Positions 48,347 through 60,854 of a stretch of 64,000 nucleotides of DNA are shown piece by piece. The notes beneath the pieces were generated by a model. It was not told the DNA's origin. It was given only the letters and a program-made list of their open reading frames with translations, and ran no database searches. The translations under genes were made by a program, and so were the position numbers. Positions within the stretch are counted from its first letter, which is position 1, and every line of letters starts with the position of its first letter. The stretch is from Centroscyllium fabricii (Eukaryota): the NCBI GenBank assembly GCA_051313645.2, contig JBNRSN020000016.1, forward strand, positions 58,776,001-58,840,000. Direction: 5' to 3'.

Positions 48347-48815
48347 TGGGGGAGGCGGTGGCGAAGTGGTTATGTCACTAGACTCGTAAGCCAGAAGCTC
48401 AGTCAAATGCTCTGAGGATATGGGTTCAAATCCCACCACGGCAGCTGGTGGAATTTTAATTCAATTCAATTTAATTCTGGAATTAAATGTTAGTTTTAGT
48501 AATGGCGACCATGATACCATTGTCGATTGTTGCAAAAACCCATCTGGTTCACTAATGTCCTTTAGGGAAGGAAATCTGCCGTCCTTACCGGGTCTGGCCT
48601 ACATGTGACTCCAGACCCACAGCAATGTGGTTGACTCTTAATGCCCTCTGAAATGGCCTAGCAAGCCACTCAGTTGTAAACAACCGCTACGCAACATCGT
48701 GGGTGTACCTACACCATATGGACTGCAGCGGTTCAAGGCGGCGGCTCACCACCATCTTCTCAAGGGCAATTAGGGATGGGCACTAAATGCAGGCCTAGCC
48801 CACATCCCATCAACG
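48347..48815 (+). mobile_element. tRNA-derived SINE whose 3' tail matches the LINE at 4450-5290
   Basis: A box TGGCGAAGTGG, B box GGTTCAAATCC; 48700-48812 nearly identical to 5155-5282. Confidence 0.82.
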
Positions 48816-49696
48816 AATAATTTAAAAAAATTACACTCTCCCGCCAGTGGCGTCACTGGTGCACCACAGTTTACGAGTCTCCCAGCTCCTCAGCCTGCAT
48901 TGCAGACAACTCCTATGCTCCAACTAACTCTGCCGCTCTGTTTCCCAAAGTGCTGTACGTTTTGCTATTAAACTATAAAATGAGATAAAATGAAGGCATT
49001 ATATAAAAGTATGGACAGAATGTATGACTTTAAAATGGGTGCCAAATTACTTCTGCACATCAGTACTCCTGCTTCTCCTGGCTCGACATTAATCCTTAAA
49101 AATAAATGTACCTACCTTTTTGATGGCGGCCAGTTGCTAGGCTGTATCCACGCTCAGGGCAGCCCAATTCTTCAGAAAGGACCTGGGACAGGCAATAGGC
49201 CCCTCATTAGCATATGAAAGGGGCCGAATGTCTGTTTTAGGCAGCCGCCCTGGATGCCTGAAAATCGTCTGAGACTGTGATAGTGTCTTGACAATTATTC
49301 AGGTGTCTTTGGGGCACAGTGCAGAGCCCTGCAAAATTGGTCATTGTTGCCCTTGTTTTTTTATCTGAAACAGGCACAACAATGACCAATTTCTACCCCA
49401 AAGACTGGAAGCCTTTACTTCAATAACTACCAATTGAAACCCATTCACTGCAATCCTCTGATAAAAATAAAATAGTTTTATCCACACAGATTAAAACACA
49501 CAAAGAACTGACTGGCACTTAAAAAAGAAAATCTCCAGTCAATGAATGATTCCTTTTAAACACATTTCCACTGATTGCCATCAAGTGTACTTCATTAGCT
49601 GAACAGTCTCTTGGGTCTAAGTATGCGTATATTTATTAGTTAGCATAATTGACGAGATTTACCTCATTACAATGTAATTCCCAACACCAGACTTAC

Positions 49697-49802
49697 CAGT
49701 TCTGTATTTGTAAAGTGAAAGAACGCCTCACATTCCAAGGTTGTCTTTAATCGGTCTTTACGAGCTCTGAACAGCACACTAGGAGGAAGTGCCACGAGAA
49801 TT
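49697..49802 (-). CDS. FANCA: FANCA ~exon 33: (R)ILVALPPSVLFRARKDRLKTTLECEAFFHFTNTEL
   Basis: 106 nt, AG/GT, IL..LP.SVL and CE.FFH..N.E motifs. Confidence 0.92.
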
Positions 49803-50421
49803 CTAACCATGTCAAAAAAGGAGGCAAATACTTGTATGAAAGTCAATAGTGAAATCAACAGCTTGCAACATTCAGTACATGAACGCTATTATATAATATA
49901 CATTAAAAAGGCCGTTTTCTCAATGTCACAGCTGGTAAATTTTGCTGCCCAGTATTAAACTAGGCAATGCAGAATAGAAAGATCCCAGGGTCTATCCCAG
50001 TGTTTGTATAGTTAGCTTCTTTCAGTTGGGGCAATTGCTGATCTCAGAGCCCCTGGGTTCTGGAGGGCAAAATGTAACAGGATTCCCACTCCTACTTGCT
50101 GCCGAGTGCCCTTCACTGTAAAGTGCACATGTATCAATGTCAGGTGAAGCCAGGATCTGGTTCTGCTGTTATGCTTCCACAGTTGAACACCTGTTGAAAC
50201 ACCGTCTAGGCTCAAGTGTGCAGAAGCACCATTTGGGGGTACGAGAGATCAGCTGGCACCTGTAGCACTATATCCAGCATTGAGCACCTTCATTATGGGA
50301 TATTCCGGGGGGAAAAAAAAAAGTCTTACAACCGCAGTATTTCATTAAACAATTGTGTAGTATTAACAATGATTATTCTATCATTGCATTTTTTCCCTAG
50401 AATTTTCTTTCTTGCTCTTAC

Positions 50422-50591
50422 CGGACGAATGCTTGCAATTCAATCTGCTGCTCCAACTGCTTGCTCATGATTGGCGATTCCAGCCCTGCCAGTCTGTCTT
50501 CAAACACATCCAGGAGAAAATGGCCACTTTCAAGTGATGGGCTTTTACCTCGTGCCTTTGTCCATACTCGTTCCAGATCAAACACCATCTC
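50422..50591 (-). CDS. FANCA: FANCA ~exon 32: EMVFDLERVW...GHFLLDVFEDRL...QIELQAFV(R)
   Basis: 170 nt, AG/GT, EMV.DLE and HFL motifs. Confidence 0.9.
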
Positions 50592-51161
50592 CTGTAATCA
50601 ATCAAAACAAACTTAACGTACTAAAGAAAGATCTCTTCCAAATGTTCCTAAAGACTAAAAATTTAATTTATAAAAGACATAAAATCAAATTCAAATTACT
50701 GCCTAATCTTCTTAAAGATGTATCGCAAACTGATTTATGAAATATGGTAAATAGTGGACAGTTGATGATGAGCTGTTAAATGCAGAATGCACATTTTGAG
50801 AGGGGAGGCCCGAGTGCATTAATTGCAAGTCCAGCACATTCAATCTTTGGCTTCGATCAGCATTGTGACAACTTAATGTGCAACTTTCATATCATTATCT
50901 AAGGAAGTTCTGGGCACTGGGTGAGAATTCTAGTCCACTTACCCGAAAAGCAAATTAACCACACAACGAAACGCTATTTCAGAAACAAACAGCGCATGTA
51001 ACACAAAATTTAATGTTATAATTTAAGGCAAGTGAAAAGTAAAATATTTGATTACATTTTAGAACCGTACAGAATCAGAATTGAATTTAAATTAATCATC
51101 AGTGTTTGTGGGAACTTCCACATGAACAGATCATTCTTTCTTTTTAAGTGAGGTATGTTAC

Positions 51162-51252
51162 CTGCAGTCGGCAAATAATGTTTTCATAGCACGATCTACT
51201 GAATGAAGGAAGTTCTGAACAGTCAGACTCTTTACAGTACTGCACCTTAGCT
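51162..51252 (-). CDS. FANCA: FANCA ~exon 31: (R)AKVQYCKESDCSELPSFSRSCYENIICRLQ
   Basis: 91 nt, AG/GT, II.RLQ end. Confidence 0.88.
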
Positions 51253-52011
51253 CTGTAAATGACCATAAAACTAAAATCAATAATGAAAATACATCCCATT
51301 TCCAAGCCCATTGAAGGACCTGCACTTAGTAATGACTTTTGCTGTAATCACTGCATACAAGAGGTAGGTGGATGTTCGGTGATGTACCTCGCGGTCACGG
51401 TTATTCCCCGAGACCAGTTTTTGATTGCCTTCAGGAGTCAAAGAGGAAACTCCCAGAAATCTCTCTTCCCTCAATTGGCGGAGGAATTTAAAAAATCTGT
51501 TTTGCCTTTCCCAGGAGACTGGTGGGTGGGACGTACTGGGGATGATGTTGCCTAGTTGCAGCACGGTTGAGTGGGACAGACCTGATGGACCAGCTGGTCT
51601 TATTCCATCTGTCTCTTTTGTATGTCGTATAAAAGCCCTCTTGGATCTAATACGAGACATAACCTAATCTCACTGGAGCTCCACTGACGCCACCTTGGCA
51701 GGGGTGGTGGGGGCGGAGAATAGTGAGAAGCAGAAAAATAAATAAACCACGCTTCATAAAATTGTGGCTAGGAGTGTGAACCCTAGTTACCATAATCTGC
51801 TGGTCACAAATGTGAACTTTACCAGGTTCCGAGATAGTAACCCTTGTATCTCGGAATAGTGACACTTGACCGCGAGGGTTGGCCTGCAGCCAAGTTTGTT
51901 GGGGGAATGAGAGTAAGGGAGAAAGTGAAAGGGAAAAAGTTGTGACTGCATTTATCGACACCATATTGTGAATGCAGAGCAATCACTTCAAAAAAAAAGT
52001 TGGAAATGTAC

Positions 52012-52140
52012 CTTTTATTGAAATCCATCAATGAATTAATAATAATCCGACATGCAATGACTAAATCCCCTCCACATCCTCCTGCAGCAAGGGGAGATGG
52101 CAGGTAATGTTGGTAACAGGCCCAATGCTGATAATCCTGT
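52012..52140 (-). CDS. FANCA: FANCA ~exon 30: (R)QDYQHWACYQHYLPSPLAAGGCGGDLVIACRIIINSLMDFNK
   Basis: 129 nt, AG/GT, GGC.GDL..AC motif. Confidence 0.94.
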
Positions 52141-52492
52141 CTGTAATTGAAGCATAGAACAGTTCATCATTTCAAACTCATTCAAATAAGTCCACTGTAC
52201 TTAATGGCTAACACTCACAGGACAAGTCAAACACACCAATTGCCATCTTCCAGTGTAATTCTTACACCTACCATATTCTAGAGGTAAATGATCACTTTAG
52301 TATTTAACAGACAACCAGAAACTACTTTCAACCTGGAAGTAGGTGACATTTAAAATCTATTGATCATTGTAAAATCAGGCTTGGGATTATCATAATAACA
52401 AGTAAGGCTATAACAATGGGTAGTTTCTTTCTTTAAAAAAAAAAGGAATCTATAAAACCACGGTACTCTATTAAAAGTTAAAACATGGTCTC

Positions 52493-53210
52493 GAGTCATA
52501 GAGTTATGCAGCACAGAAAGAGGCCCTTCAGCCCATCGCGTCCGTGCCGGTCATCAAGCCCGGTCTATTCTAATTCCATTTTCCAGCACTTGGTCCGTAG
52601 CCTTGTATGTTATGGCATTTCAAGTGCTCATCTAAATGCTTCTTGAATGTTGTGCGTGTTCCTGCCTCTACCACCCTTCCAGGAAGTGAGTTCCAGATTC
52701 CAACCACCCTCTGGGTGAAAAAGTTCCTCCTCAAATCCCCTCTAAACCTCCTGCCCCTTACCTTGAAGCTATGCCCCCTGGTTATTGACCCCTCTACCAA
52801 GGGAAAAAGTTCCTTTCTATCTACCCTATCTATGCCCCTCATAATTTTGTACACCTCAATGAGGTCCCCACTCAGCCTACTCTGCTCCAAGGAAAACAAC
52901 CCCAGCCTCTCCAGTCTCTCTTCATAGCTGAAGCACTCCAGCCCAGGTAACATCCAGGTGAATCTCCTCTGCACTCTCTCCAAAGCAATCACATCCCTCC
53001 TTTCGTGTGGTGACCAGAACTGCACACGGTACTCCAGCTGTGGCCTTACCAGCGTTTTGTACAGCTCCATCATAACCTCCCTGCTCTTATATTGTATGCC
53101 TCGTCTAATGAAGGCAAGTATCCCATATGACTTTTTAAACCACCTGTCCTGCTGCCTTCAGGGATCTATGTACATGCACACCAAGGTCCCTCTGATCCTC
53201 TGTCTTTCCT
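52493..53210 (-). mobile_element. 5'-truncated CR1
   Basis: ORF 52570-53073 with CR1 C-terminal motifs; tail. Confidence 0.88.
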
Positions 53211-53414
53211 AGGGTCTTATTCATTTTGGGTGGAGACGGATTACTGCATTCTTTGAATAGTTCATTTCATTTCCAAAACAAACAGAGTTGTTTTTTAATT
53301 TAGCTTCTGCAGCTGGTATTGGTTCAGGTATTTCGTATTCAATATACTGGGGGGGGGGGGGGGGGTAGGGGCACCATCTTCCATGTTTACTTTAGAGTCA
53401 ATGAGGATATTTAC

Positions 53415-53488
53415 CTGTCTAGGTCAGATAGTATATCTTTGTCTGGTTGGATGGCCAGTTCAGACATCAACCAATCATGGAACGTTAG
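53415..53488 (-). CDS. FANCA: FANCA ~exon 29: LTFHDWLMSELAIQPDKDILSDLD(R)
   Basis: 74 nt, AG/GT, LT..DWL..EL.IQP motif. Confidence 0.94.
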
Positions 53489-53922
53489 CTAGAAAAGGAG
53501 ATGCAATGAGTCCAAAGAGTTGGGTAGGACTTTTCCTTTTAAACTCAATACACACATCTAGCTTCTTGATATATAGTAAAATATGTATCTACACAGGCTA
53601 TATTTTGAACTTCTCAACACATGATTAGGCATCAATTTTAGAGCAACAGACATTAATTTCATCAGCAGCACATAAATCCAGAAACACATGAAAAGCACCG
53701 CCTGCAACAAAGCTTTAGTCAGGTGACTGATGACTGTCTCTACCATTTTCTGAAGTTGATTGAACTTTCTTCCCCTGATGCTGTTAGTTAAATTTTCTCC
53801 AGAGTTCACTTTGCTCAATAGCATAGAAACATGTGGTAATAATATTGCATCCATCACATGACACCATGGGGTATGAATTAATCTTGGTCTGTCATGGACT
53901 AGGGCCGGGGTCACTGGCAAGG

Positions 53923-54175
53923 CTTGGAAGCTAAGCAGAGCCAGGCCTGGTTAGTACTTGGATGGGTGGCCACCAGGGAATACCAGGAGCAGAAGGTCAC
54001 GAAAGGAGCCCCGGGGAGGGGCGGTTGGCTGAAGATTGTCAGAATGATGGAAAGATGGAATGGCAGCGCGCACAAACGCAGCGGCTTTGCTGGACTCTTG
54101 GAAGCTTGCAAGATCACATTTCATTGTTCATGTACTTGGACATTGTATAATGACAATAAAGTTGAATTATTATTA
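53923..54175 (+). mobile_element. 5S rRNA-derived element (SINE3-like or 5S pseudogene chimera)
   Basis: 53923-53997 matches the 3' two-thirds of 5S rRNA (GGAAGCTAAGCAG...GCCTGGTTAGTACTTGGATGGG...GGGAATACC); followed by a unique body ending ATGACAATAAA...(ATT)n. Confidence 0.7.
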
Positions 54176-54436
54176 TGCGATAGTGAATTGGGAGCCTTCT
54201 CTCCGATTTTCTTTTTGATTGAAGTAAATTGGACAGAAGGCAAAACGGACCATCATGTTGCTGTCACCTGCTTTGTACGACAGTCCAAGATGAATTTAAA
54301 CTCTTATGTTTTCAGTTTAAAACATCACAATTCAATCTACAGATGAATGTTGGTTTAATTGCAGATCGAGTCTATTTTACCGATTAATCCAATATCCCCA
54401 ATCAAACTCAGTCTGCAGAGCTACATATTCAGTTAC

Positions 54437-54607
54437 CTGGTAATCTCTCAGCCTCACAAGCTCTTTGAATGTACGGTGTTTAAATACTGAAAACGCTGCA
54501 GTGGTCCAATTTGAATGAAGACCAACAAGATTATTCCATGTAGATTCCACTACATCTCCCTGTTCTTGCCGAGACTTTGGAATTAGTCGTGGAATTAGAT
54601 ACAGTAG
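54437..54607 (-). CDS. FANCA: FANCA ~exon 28: LLYLIPRLIPKSRQ...WTTAAFSVFKHRTFKELVRLRDYQ
   Basis: 171 nt, AG/GT, W..AA.S...HRTF.E motif. Confidence 0.92.
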
Positions 54608-55188
54608 CTAAAAGACAAAAATAAATAAATAATGCTGCTGTGAAAGTGGATTTTGCAATAGGAATAATGGTGAGGCTATCAGCACCCACCGTTATTATGG
54701 AGTAAATCGGACAGCAACTTACGGCGCAGTTAAATGTGAAAATCTAGAAGTTGCTGTCCAAGTTGTCCTTCTCCTCCACAAACTTTGCTACAATGGTGCC
54801 AAGCCAATAGATTTGGCACTAAAATAAATGAAGGGCATGAAGTTGCGGTACTTCCCCACTAGTTACCCATTAAACATGCCAGAAAAAGTTAGGGTTAGTG
54901 CATTCAGGTGAAAGTAAATTTTTAACAGCATGGTAAGTCTTAATTACTTCCAACCTCTTTGGCCCTGAAAGGTTAATTTTACAAGTGTGGAGTCTCATTC
55001 CTTCAGAATTTAATTATTGTTGGAGATTTCAAAAAATTAAAACTTTTTTTAAAACTTTTTCTTTCTGTCTCTTTAATCTCTCTCTTAATCCCATCTTTCT
55101 TTCCCTCACTTACTTTATTTTGCTTTCTGTACATGATTTTACATTGAATTAAATATTCTAATTTATAGTTCTTGGTTCAGACTCTGTA

Positions 55189-55984
55189 GGGGCAAAATTC
55201 GGTATCACCCCATTTAGGGCGCAAAACTCGGCCGTGCGCTACATATAACGCCTGCGCTAATTATTGCCTCCAACTGCAAACTTGGCTTTTTTCATCCCTG
55301 GAGGTGATTGGAGCGCTAAATCAGGCGCTACATATCCTCTCTGAAGGGGCAAAGGCTGAGGAGCGAGGCGTTACCTCAGAGCGCTGGCAAAGCTCATGTG
55401 ATGTCAGTCAGCAATGGAACACAGACACTGGCAACGTCCAATTCTTAAAGGAGAGTTCTGACGAATGGTCATCGACCTGAAACGTTAACTCTGTTTCTCT
55501 CTTCACAGATGCTGCTTGACCTGCTGAGTTTCTCCTGCATTTTCAGTTTTTATCTTAAAGGGGAGGGTCGATCTCGCTCTCCATCCACATCCTGCTCATT
55601 GCAGCCTTGAATCTCGGCCTGGAGAGACAGGTACATCAAATCTGCTGGGAAGAACAATGGAGACCCCCCAGGGAAAGAGCGGAGAGTGCAGCCCCCACAT
55701 TCTCTTCTAAATCGATACAAGGAAGGGCAAATCAAAATGAACCTGCAAAGTACTGCTCAGTACCCAAAACTCCTTCACAGTGTTGAATCCTTCCAGAAGT
55801 CTCTCGCTCACTCTCTCAGAATGCATGGTGCAAAATGTCACCAACAAAAAAAGGCAGGAAGCAGTCACCTTTAAATAGCGCTCCCCCAGCTAAACTCGCC
55901 GCGCCCGGGCGCTAGTTGCTTTGCACCCCCATTAGCGCCCTCCTAAGGCGCTAACGGGAGGCGCAACCAACAGAATTTTGCCCC
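55189..55984. mobile_element. MITE (GGGGCAAAATTC TIRs), nested in an older element (~54645-56202)
   Basis: TIRs GGGGCAAAATTC / GAATTTTGCCCC; paralogue at 3850-4286. Confidence 0.68.
55453..55491 (+). ncRNA. Minimal type I hammerhead ribozyme motif in a Penelope-type mini-insertion (55452-55552)
   Basis: GAGTT-CTGACGA-AT-GGTC-ATC-GACC-T-GAAA-CGTT-AACTC: stem I, catalytic core, stem II and palindromic stem III; flanking TCTTAAAGG duplication. Confidence 0.7.
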
Positions 55985-56455
55985 ATGTGTCTCAGTGAAG
56001 ATTCTTCAATCTGATTGGTTGAAAAGACATGCTGTTGATTTTCCTGCTCACACACCCCACAGATCCCCTGTAGAGGGCACCGTGCTGAAAAGGATCTCTC
56101 TAATTACCATAAGTTGCCGCTCCACAAAAAAATCTGTGGGCAGCTGTAAACGTGATGAATGGTGCGCAAAATTCCTTTGCCACTGACCGCAAAATCTGGG
56201 CCGATGTGTTCACTTTAGAGCCGTTACAAAACGAGTTTTGACATTACTAGAAGTAGTCATGGCAACGGTCAGGAGTTAGAAGTCTGGCTGAGACAATACA
56301 GCAATTGGGTCTCGTCATGGTTGTATATAGTTTTAAAGGGATCAATCAAAATTAACTCTGTACCAGATTTCCAAACCAGAGGAAGGCAGTCATTGCCTTG
56401 TAAAGTAGATCAAAGAACTAAGTACAGCCATATAATTGCTGACAAAATACTTCAC

Positions 56456-56552
56456 CTTTTGCACGAACCCAGAAGGAACAGACTGTTTTATATCAATTGA
56501 TGATGCAGATGATGATAAGCAGACTGCGTAAGCAACTGCTGCTGTACAAAAC
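56456..56552 (-). CDS. FANCA: FANCA ~exon 27: (R)FCTAAVAYAVCLSSSASSIDIKQSVPSGFVQK
   Basis: 97 nt, AG/GT, FCTAA..Y..C motif. Confidence 0.93.
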
Positions 56553-57374
56553 CTGCCAGAAAAAAGCATTATTAACAGATCATAAAAGGGACACGTACCT
56601 GATTTTTCATACACATATATACACAGATTGTGCAGAGTGGTAAGGCAAGGGCAGGTACCCTGTACTATAAAATCCAGTGTAAATGCTGCACTTTCATCCA
56701 GCTTTAAATTACTTTCAAACCAGGGGGAAAGGGGTGGTTTATAAGCCTCTTGCCATTGCTGGGATTAAAATCAAGTGCTGATTGCTAGGTCAGTGGAAAC
56801 AATAATGCCACTCTCAGTGCATCTTCCAAGTGGTGTTCAACATGGAGGAGTGCGGATATGGCCGCCTAAAGGTTGTGGCAAGAAGTTTGACAAGGATGTG
56901 CTGAGAGGCAATGAAGGAAGGCGAACACCAAGAGAATGCTTTATTACAGGCAGTTAAAATGCCAATTATTTAAAAAACATGGACAGGAACATCCTCCAAT
57001 TCAAATCAAAACTTGGTAAGTTTAAAGCATGTTCTGGGGGCTCCTTATGCACTTTTCAAACCAGTTAAACTGAGGTTAACATTCCATAAACCCAATTGCA
57101 GCAAGTCTATGTCTGCCACAAGACATCTGGTTGGGGGCCATCTCCAAAGGTATACCACAACTTCACAGCAATGATAAAGCTACTGTATAAATACTCCCTG
57201 AAAAATTTCCAGCAAGTTGCCCCTTGATGTTTGAGAAAAGTGCCAGGATATGCAATTGTTCTTCATAGCTCAGTCCTCTAAATTTTGCTACTAATCGCAT
57301 GACCCTTGCTAAATCCTTTTCCCAATAATATAATATCCCTTTTGAAGTTGGAGAACAAAAATAGACATTTTTAA

Positions 57375-58350
57375 TTTTATTTGTTCATTCATGAGATGTG
57401 GGCATCGCTGGTGAGGCCAGCATTTATTGCTCATCCTTCATTTCCTTTGAGAAGGTGGTGGTGAGCTGCTTTCTTGAACCGCTGCAATCCGTGTGGTGAA
57501 GGTACTCCCACAGTGCTGTTTGGTAGGGAGTTCCAGGAATTTGACCCAGCGAAAATGAAGGAATGGCTATGGCGATATATTTCCAAGTCAGGATGGTGTG
57601 TGACTTGGAGGGGAACTTGGAGGTGGTGGTGTTCCCATGTACCTGCTGCCCTTGCCCTTCCAGGTGGAAGAGGTCGAGAGTTTGGGAGATGCTGTTGAAG
57701 CCTTGGTGAGTTGCTGCAGTGCATCTTGTAGATGGCACACACTTCAGCCACGGTACGCCAGTGGTGGAGGGAGTGAATGTTTAAGGTGGTAGATAGGGTG
57801 GCAATCAAGCGGGCTGTTTTGTCCTGGATGGTGTCGAGCTTCTGGGGTGTTGTTGCAGCTGCACTCATCCAGGCAAGTGGAGAGTATTCCATTACACTCC
57901 AGACTTGTGGAAAGGCTTTGGGGAGTTAGGTGGTGAATACCCAAGGTACGGGTGAATACGCAGAATACCCAAACTCGGACCTTGGTGCCACACTCGGTCA
58001 AATGCTGCCTTGATGTCAAGGGCAGTCACTCTCACCTCACCTCTGAAATTCAGCTCTTTTGTGCATATTTGGACCAAGCTGTAATGAGGTCTGGAGCCGA
58101 GTAGGCGGAAGCCAAACTCAGCATCATGAGTAGATTATTGGTGAGTAAGTGCCGCTTGATAGCACTGTCGACGACTCCTGCCATCACTTTGCTGATAATT
58201 AAGAGTAAGCTGATGGGGAGGTAATTGGCCGGATTGGATTTGTCCCGATTTTTGTGGACATGACATACTTTGGCAATTTCCCACTTTACCGGGTAGATGT
58301 CAGTGTTGGCGCTGTACTGGAACAGCTTGGCTAGAGGCGGGGCTAGTTCT
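57375..58350 (-). mobile_element. Internally deleted copy of the second LINE family
   Basis: ALDIKAAFDRVWHQG and MEYSPLAWMSAA ORF pieces; shared tail. Confidence 0.85.
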
Positions 58351-58668
58351 GCCAGGTAGGTTCTCTCTTACACCACATGCAATTTTAAAATCATCCTTTT
58401 TGATTTATAGGTTGTATCTTTTTCTATGTAAACCAACATTAGTTTGCTTAATTTACCTCATGGGAACACTGGGCAGATGGTGTTAGTGGCCTGTCCATCG
58501 ATATCTCTCCTCCTCTGATAGTTTCAGTATATTCCTACTGAGTACTTATAGTTAGTTATTACTTTTTCTCTTGCCAAATTTCATGGCTTTGCATTTCTTC
58601 TTCATTGATCGTTGTGCCTAACACTTTAAACCAGGCCTGTCTCTGCACAACACACATTCTTCACTTAC

Positions 58669-58856
58669 CTCATACAGAATGTTGAAGATTCTCCAGTCCT
58701 ACAGGGGAGGAACTGGTTTAAGTGCTCAGCAAAGGAAACTCCTTTACTGGCTGATTCCGCCAAATGTACACCAGAGGTCACCAGTGAAAGGGAGATGTGT
58801 AGGTGAACTGTGAAAGCAGCCAGTCCTAAAATGTGGACATCACTCAGAGAAGAACC
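58669..58856 (-). CDS. FANCA: FANCA ~exon 26: GSSLSDVHILGLAAFTVHL...LPCRTGESSTFCM(R)
   Basis: 188 nt, AG/GT, H.LGLAA..VHL and CRT motifs. Confidence 0.93.
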
Positions 58857-59407
58857 CTTATGAAAAATAAAACAAACAGATTTTAACTGTGCAAAAACTT
58901 CTCCTGTATAGATTCAGAGGTCAAATGAGAAGATAATTAGGATTTTTATGCCAATTATTAATAAAGTAAGTTTTGAAGTTTGAATAAGCATTAGAGACCA
59001 ACAGGTTATTTTGGACTGCTAAAATGGACATAACATCTCTAAAATAGCTCAAACAGCAAGCACTTTCATTTTGTCTGGTAGAAATAATTAATATTAAACT
59101 TAAAAATAATATTCTGTTATTATTCTTTATTGTGGTATTCCTAAGTGCAGGAAACAGAATCTCCAGTTGCCACCTCCACCAGCAAGAAAACAAACCCCTT
59201 TTAATCTCCTGCCTTAACACTGCAGAGCTCGTCTGGTGTTTACACACAGAAACACAGGATAGGAGCAGGAGTCGGCCATTCGGCCCGTCGAGCCTGCTCC
59301 GCCATTTTGATGAGATCATGGCTGATCATCCAAACCCAGCACCCCCCTCCTACCCTCTCCCCATATCCCCCGACACCCCCAACTTTAACGATGTGCTGTT
59401 CTCTTAC

Positions 59408-59507
59408 CTGGTGACTGGTCAGGTGCAGGACTCGGGTAAGAACTGCATGTAAAAGTCTTGTGTGACCACACAACATTTTCACAAACAGAGAGGCCCATTC
59501 GCCTTGT
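59408..59507 (-). CDS. FANCA: FANCA ~exon 25: (R)QGEWASLFVKMLCGHTRLLHAVLTRVLHLTSHQ
   Basis: 100 nt, AG/GT, QG.WA.LFV..CG motif. Confidence 0.93.
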
Positions 59508-59762
59508 CTGTAAAAAACAAACACATATGTACAAGAGGCAGAAATAAAAAGGTCAGCATTTGAAAAGTGAAATGCTAGATTGTTTTGGGTAGAACCCTAT
59601 GGGACACCTCAGATGAAGAGTGTGTACCCAAAATGTTAACCCATTTTTCTCTCTTCAAATGCTGATGTATCCGTTATGTATTTTCAGAAGTGTGTTTTTC
59701 ATTTCACATTTTCAGCATTTGTAGTTTTTCTTCTCGTTACCTCTAATGTATGAAGAGTATTT

Positions 59763-60449
59763 AAGAACATAAGAAATAGGAGCAGCAGTAGGCGAATCGG
59801 CCCCTCGAGCCTGCTCCGCCATTCAACAAGATCATGGCTGATCTGATCCTAACCTCTTTTTACTCTCCATCACACCCAAACCCATGTGATCACCTGGGAG
59901 AGGCGAAAAACCAGATAAAAAAAAACAGTGGCCAATTTGGGAGAAAAAATCTGGGAAATTCCTCTCCGACCCATCTAGGCGATCGAAAATTGGTCCAGGA
60001 GATCACATGGCCGATCTGAACCTAGCCTCACGTCCACTTACCAGCCCGCTCACCATAACCCCTAATTCCCTTTACTTCCAGGAAACTGTCTATCTCGGTT
60101 TTAAATTTATTCAATGTAGTAGCTTCCACAGCTCTCTGGGGCAGTAAATTCCACAGCCCCACCACCCTCTGAGTGAAGAAGTTTCTCCTCATCTCAGTTT
60201 TGAAATGGCAGCCCCTTATTTTAAGATTATGCCCCCTAGTCCTAGTTTCACCCACCATTGGGAACATCCTCACTGCATCCACCCGATCAAGCCCTCTCAC
60301 AATCTTATATATTTCAATACGATCGCCTCTCATTCTTCTGAACTCCAATGAGTAGAGGCCCAATCTACTCAGCCTCTCGTCATATGTCAGCCCCCTCATC
60401 TCCGGAATTAACCGAGTGAACCTTCTTTGCACTGCCTCGAGAGCAAGTA
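59763..60449 (-). mobile_element. 5'-truncated CR1 with long 3'UTR
   Basis: ORF 60028-60495 motifs; 3'UTR similar to 23219-23490. Confidence 0.88.
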
Positions 60450-60541
60450 TCAGAATCAGCTCAGAATCAAAACTACTGCACCTCGTATTACACAAGAGAG
60501 CAATAGGTAACCAGGGATAATTACAAGGCAGTACAATTTCT

Positions 60542-60807
60542 TGTGATGAACCTTTTGGTGTGGTTCACACTGTACGGTTATTGTATATCGTTTTGTTTAA
60601 TGTGTTTGTTATATATCTGTTAATATCTGTACCTTGCTGTAAGGACCTGTACCGGCTGACCCCGCCTCTGGGTACTAGTATAAAGGAGAATGCTCCGCCC
60701 ACTTATCTCTCATTCCGGGCGGGCTCATCGGGGACACGGTTCTGTTCCTTGTTAATAAAAGCCACTTATTTAAGAACTCGCTGCCGTCTTGGATTTGAGG
60801 CATCTCA
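60542..60807 (+). mobile_element. Solo LTR
   Basis: TG...CA ends, 5-bp TSD TTTCT, internal TATAAA and AATAAA. Confidence 0.75.
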
Positions 60808-60854
60808 TTTCTCTAGATCTATCTGTACCTAATTAATCATTAAGGTTTACAGCC

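Noticed and set aside
51277-51660. 127-aa minus-strand ORF as an extra FANCA exon
   Set aside because: FANCA exons 30 and 31 already join in phase; the region looks like an old LINE 3' remnant
53923-53997. Functional 5S rRNA gene
   Set aside because: Lacks the 5' ~40 nt, has several substitutions and no T-run terminator
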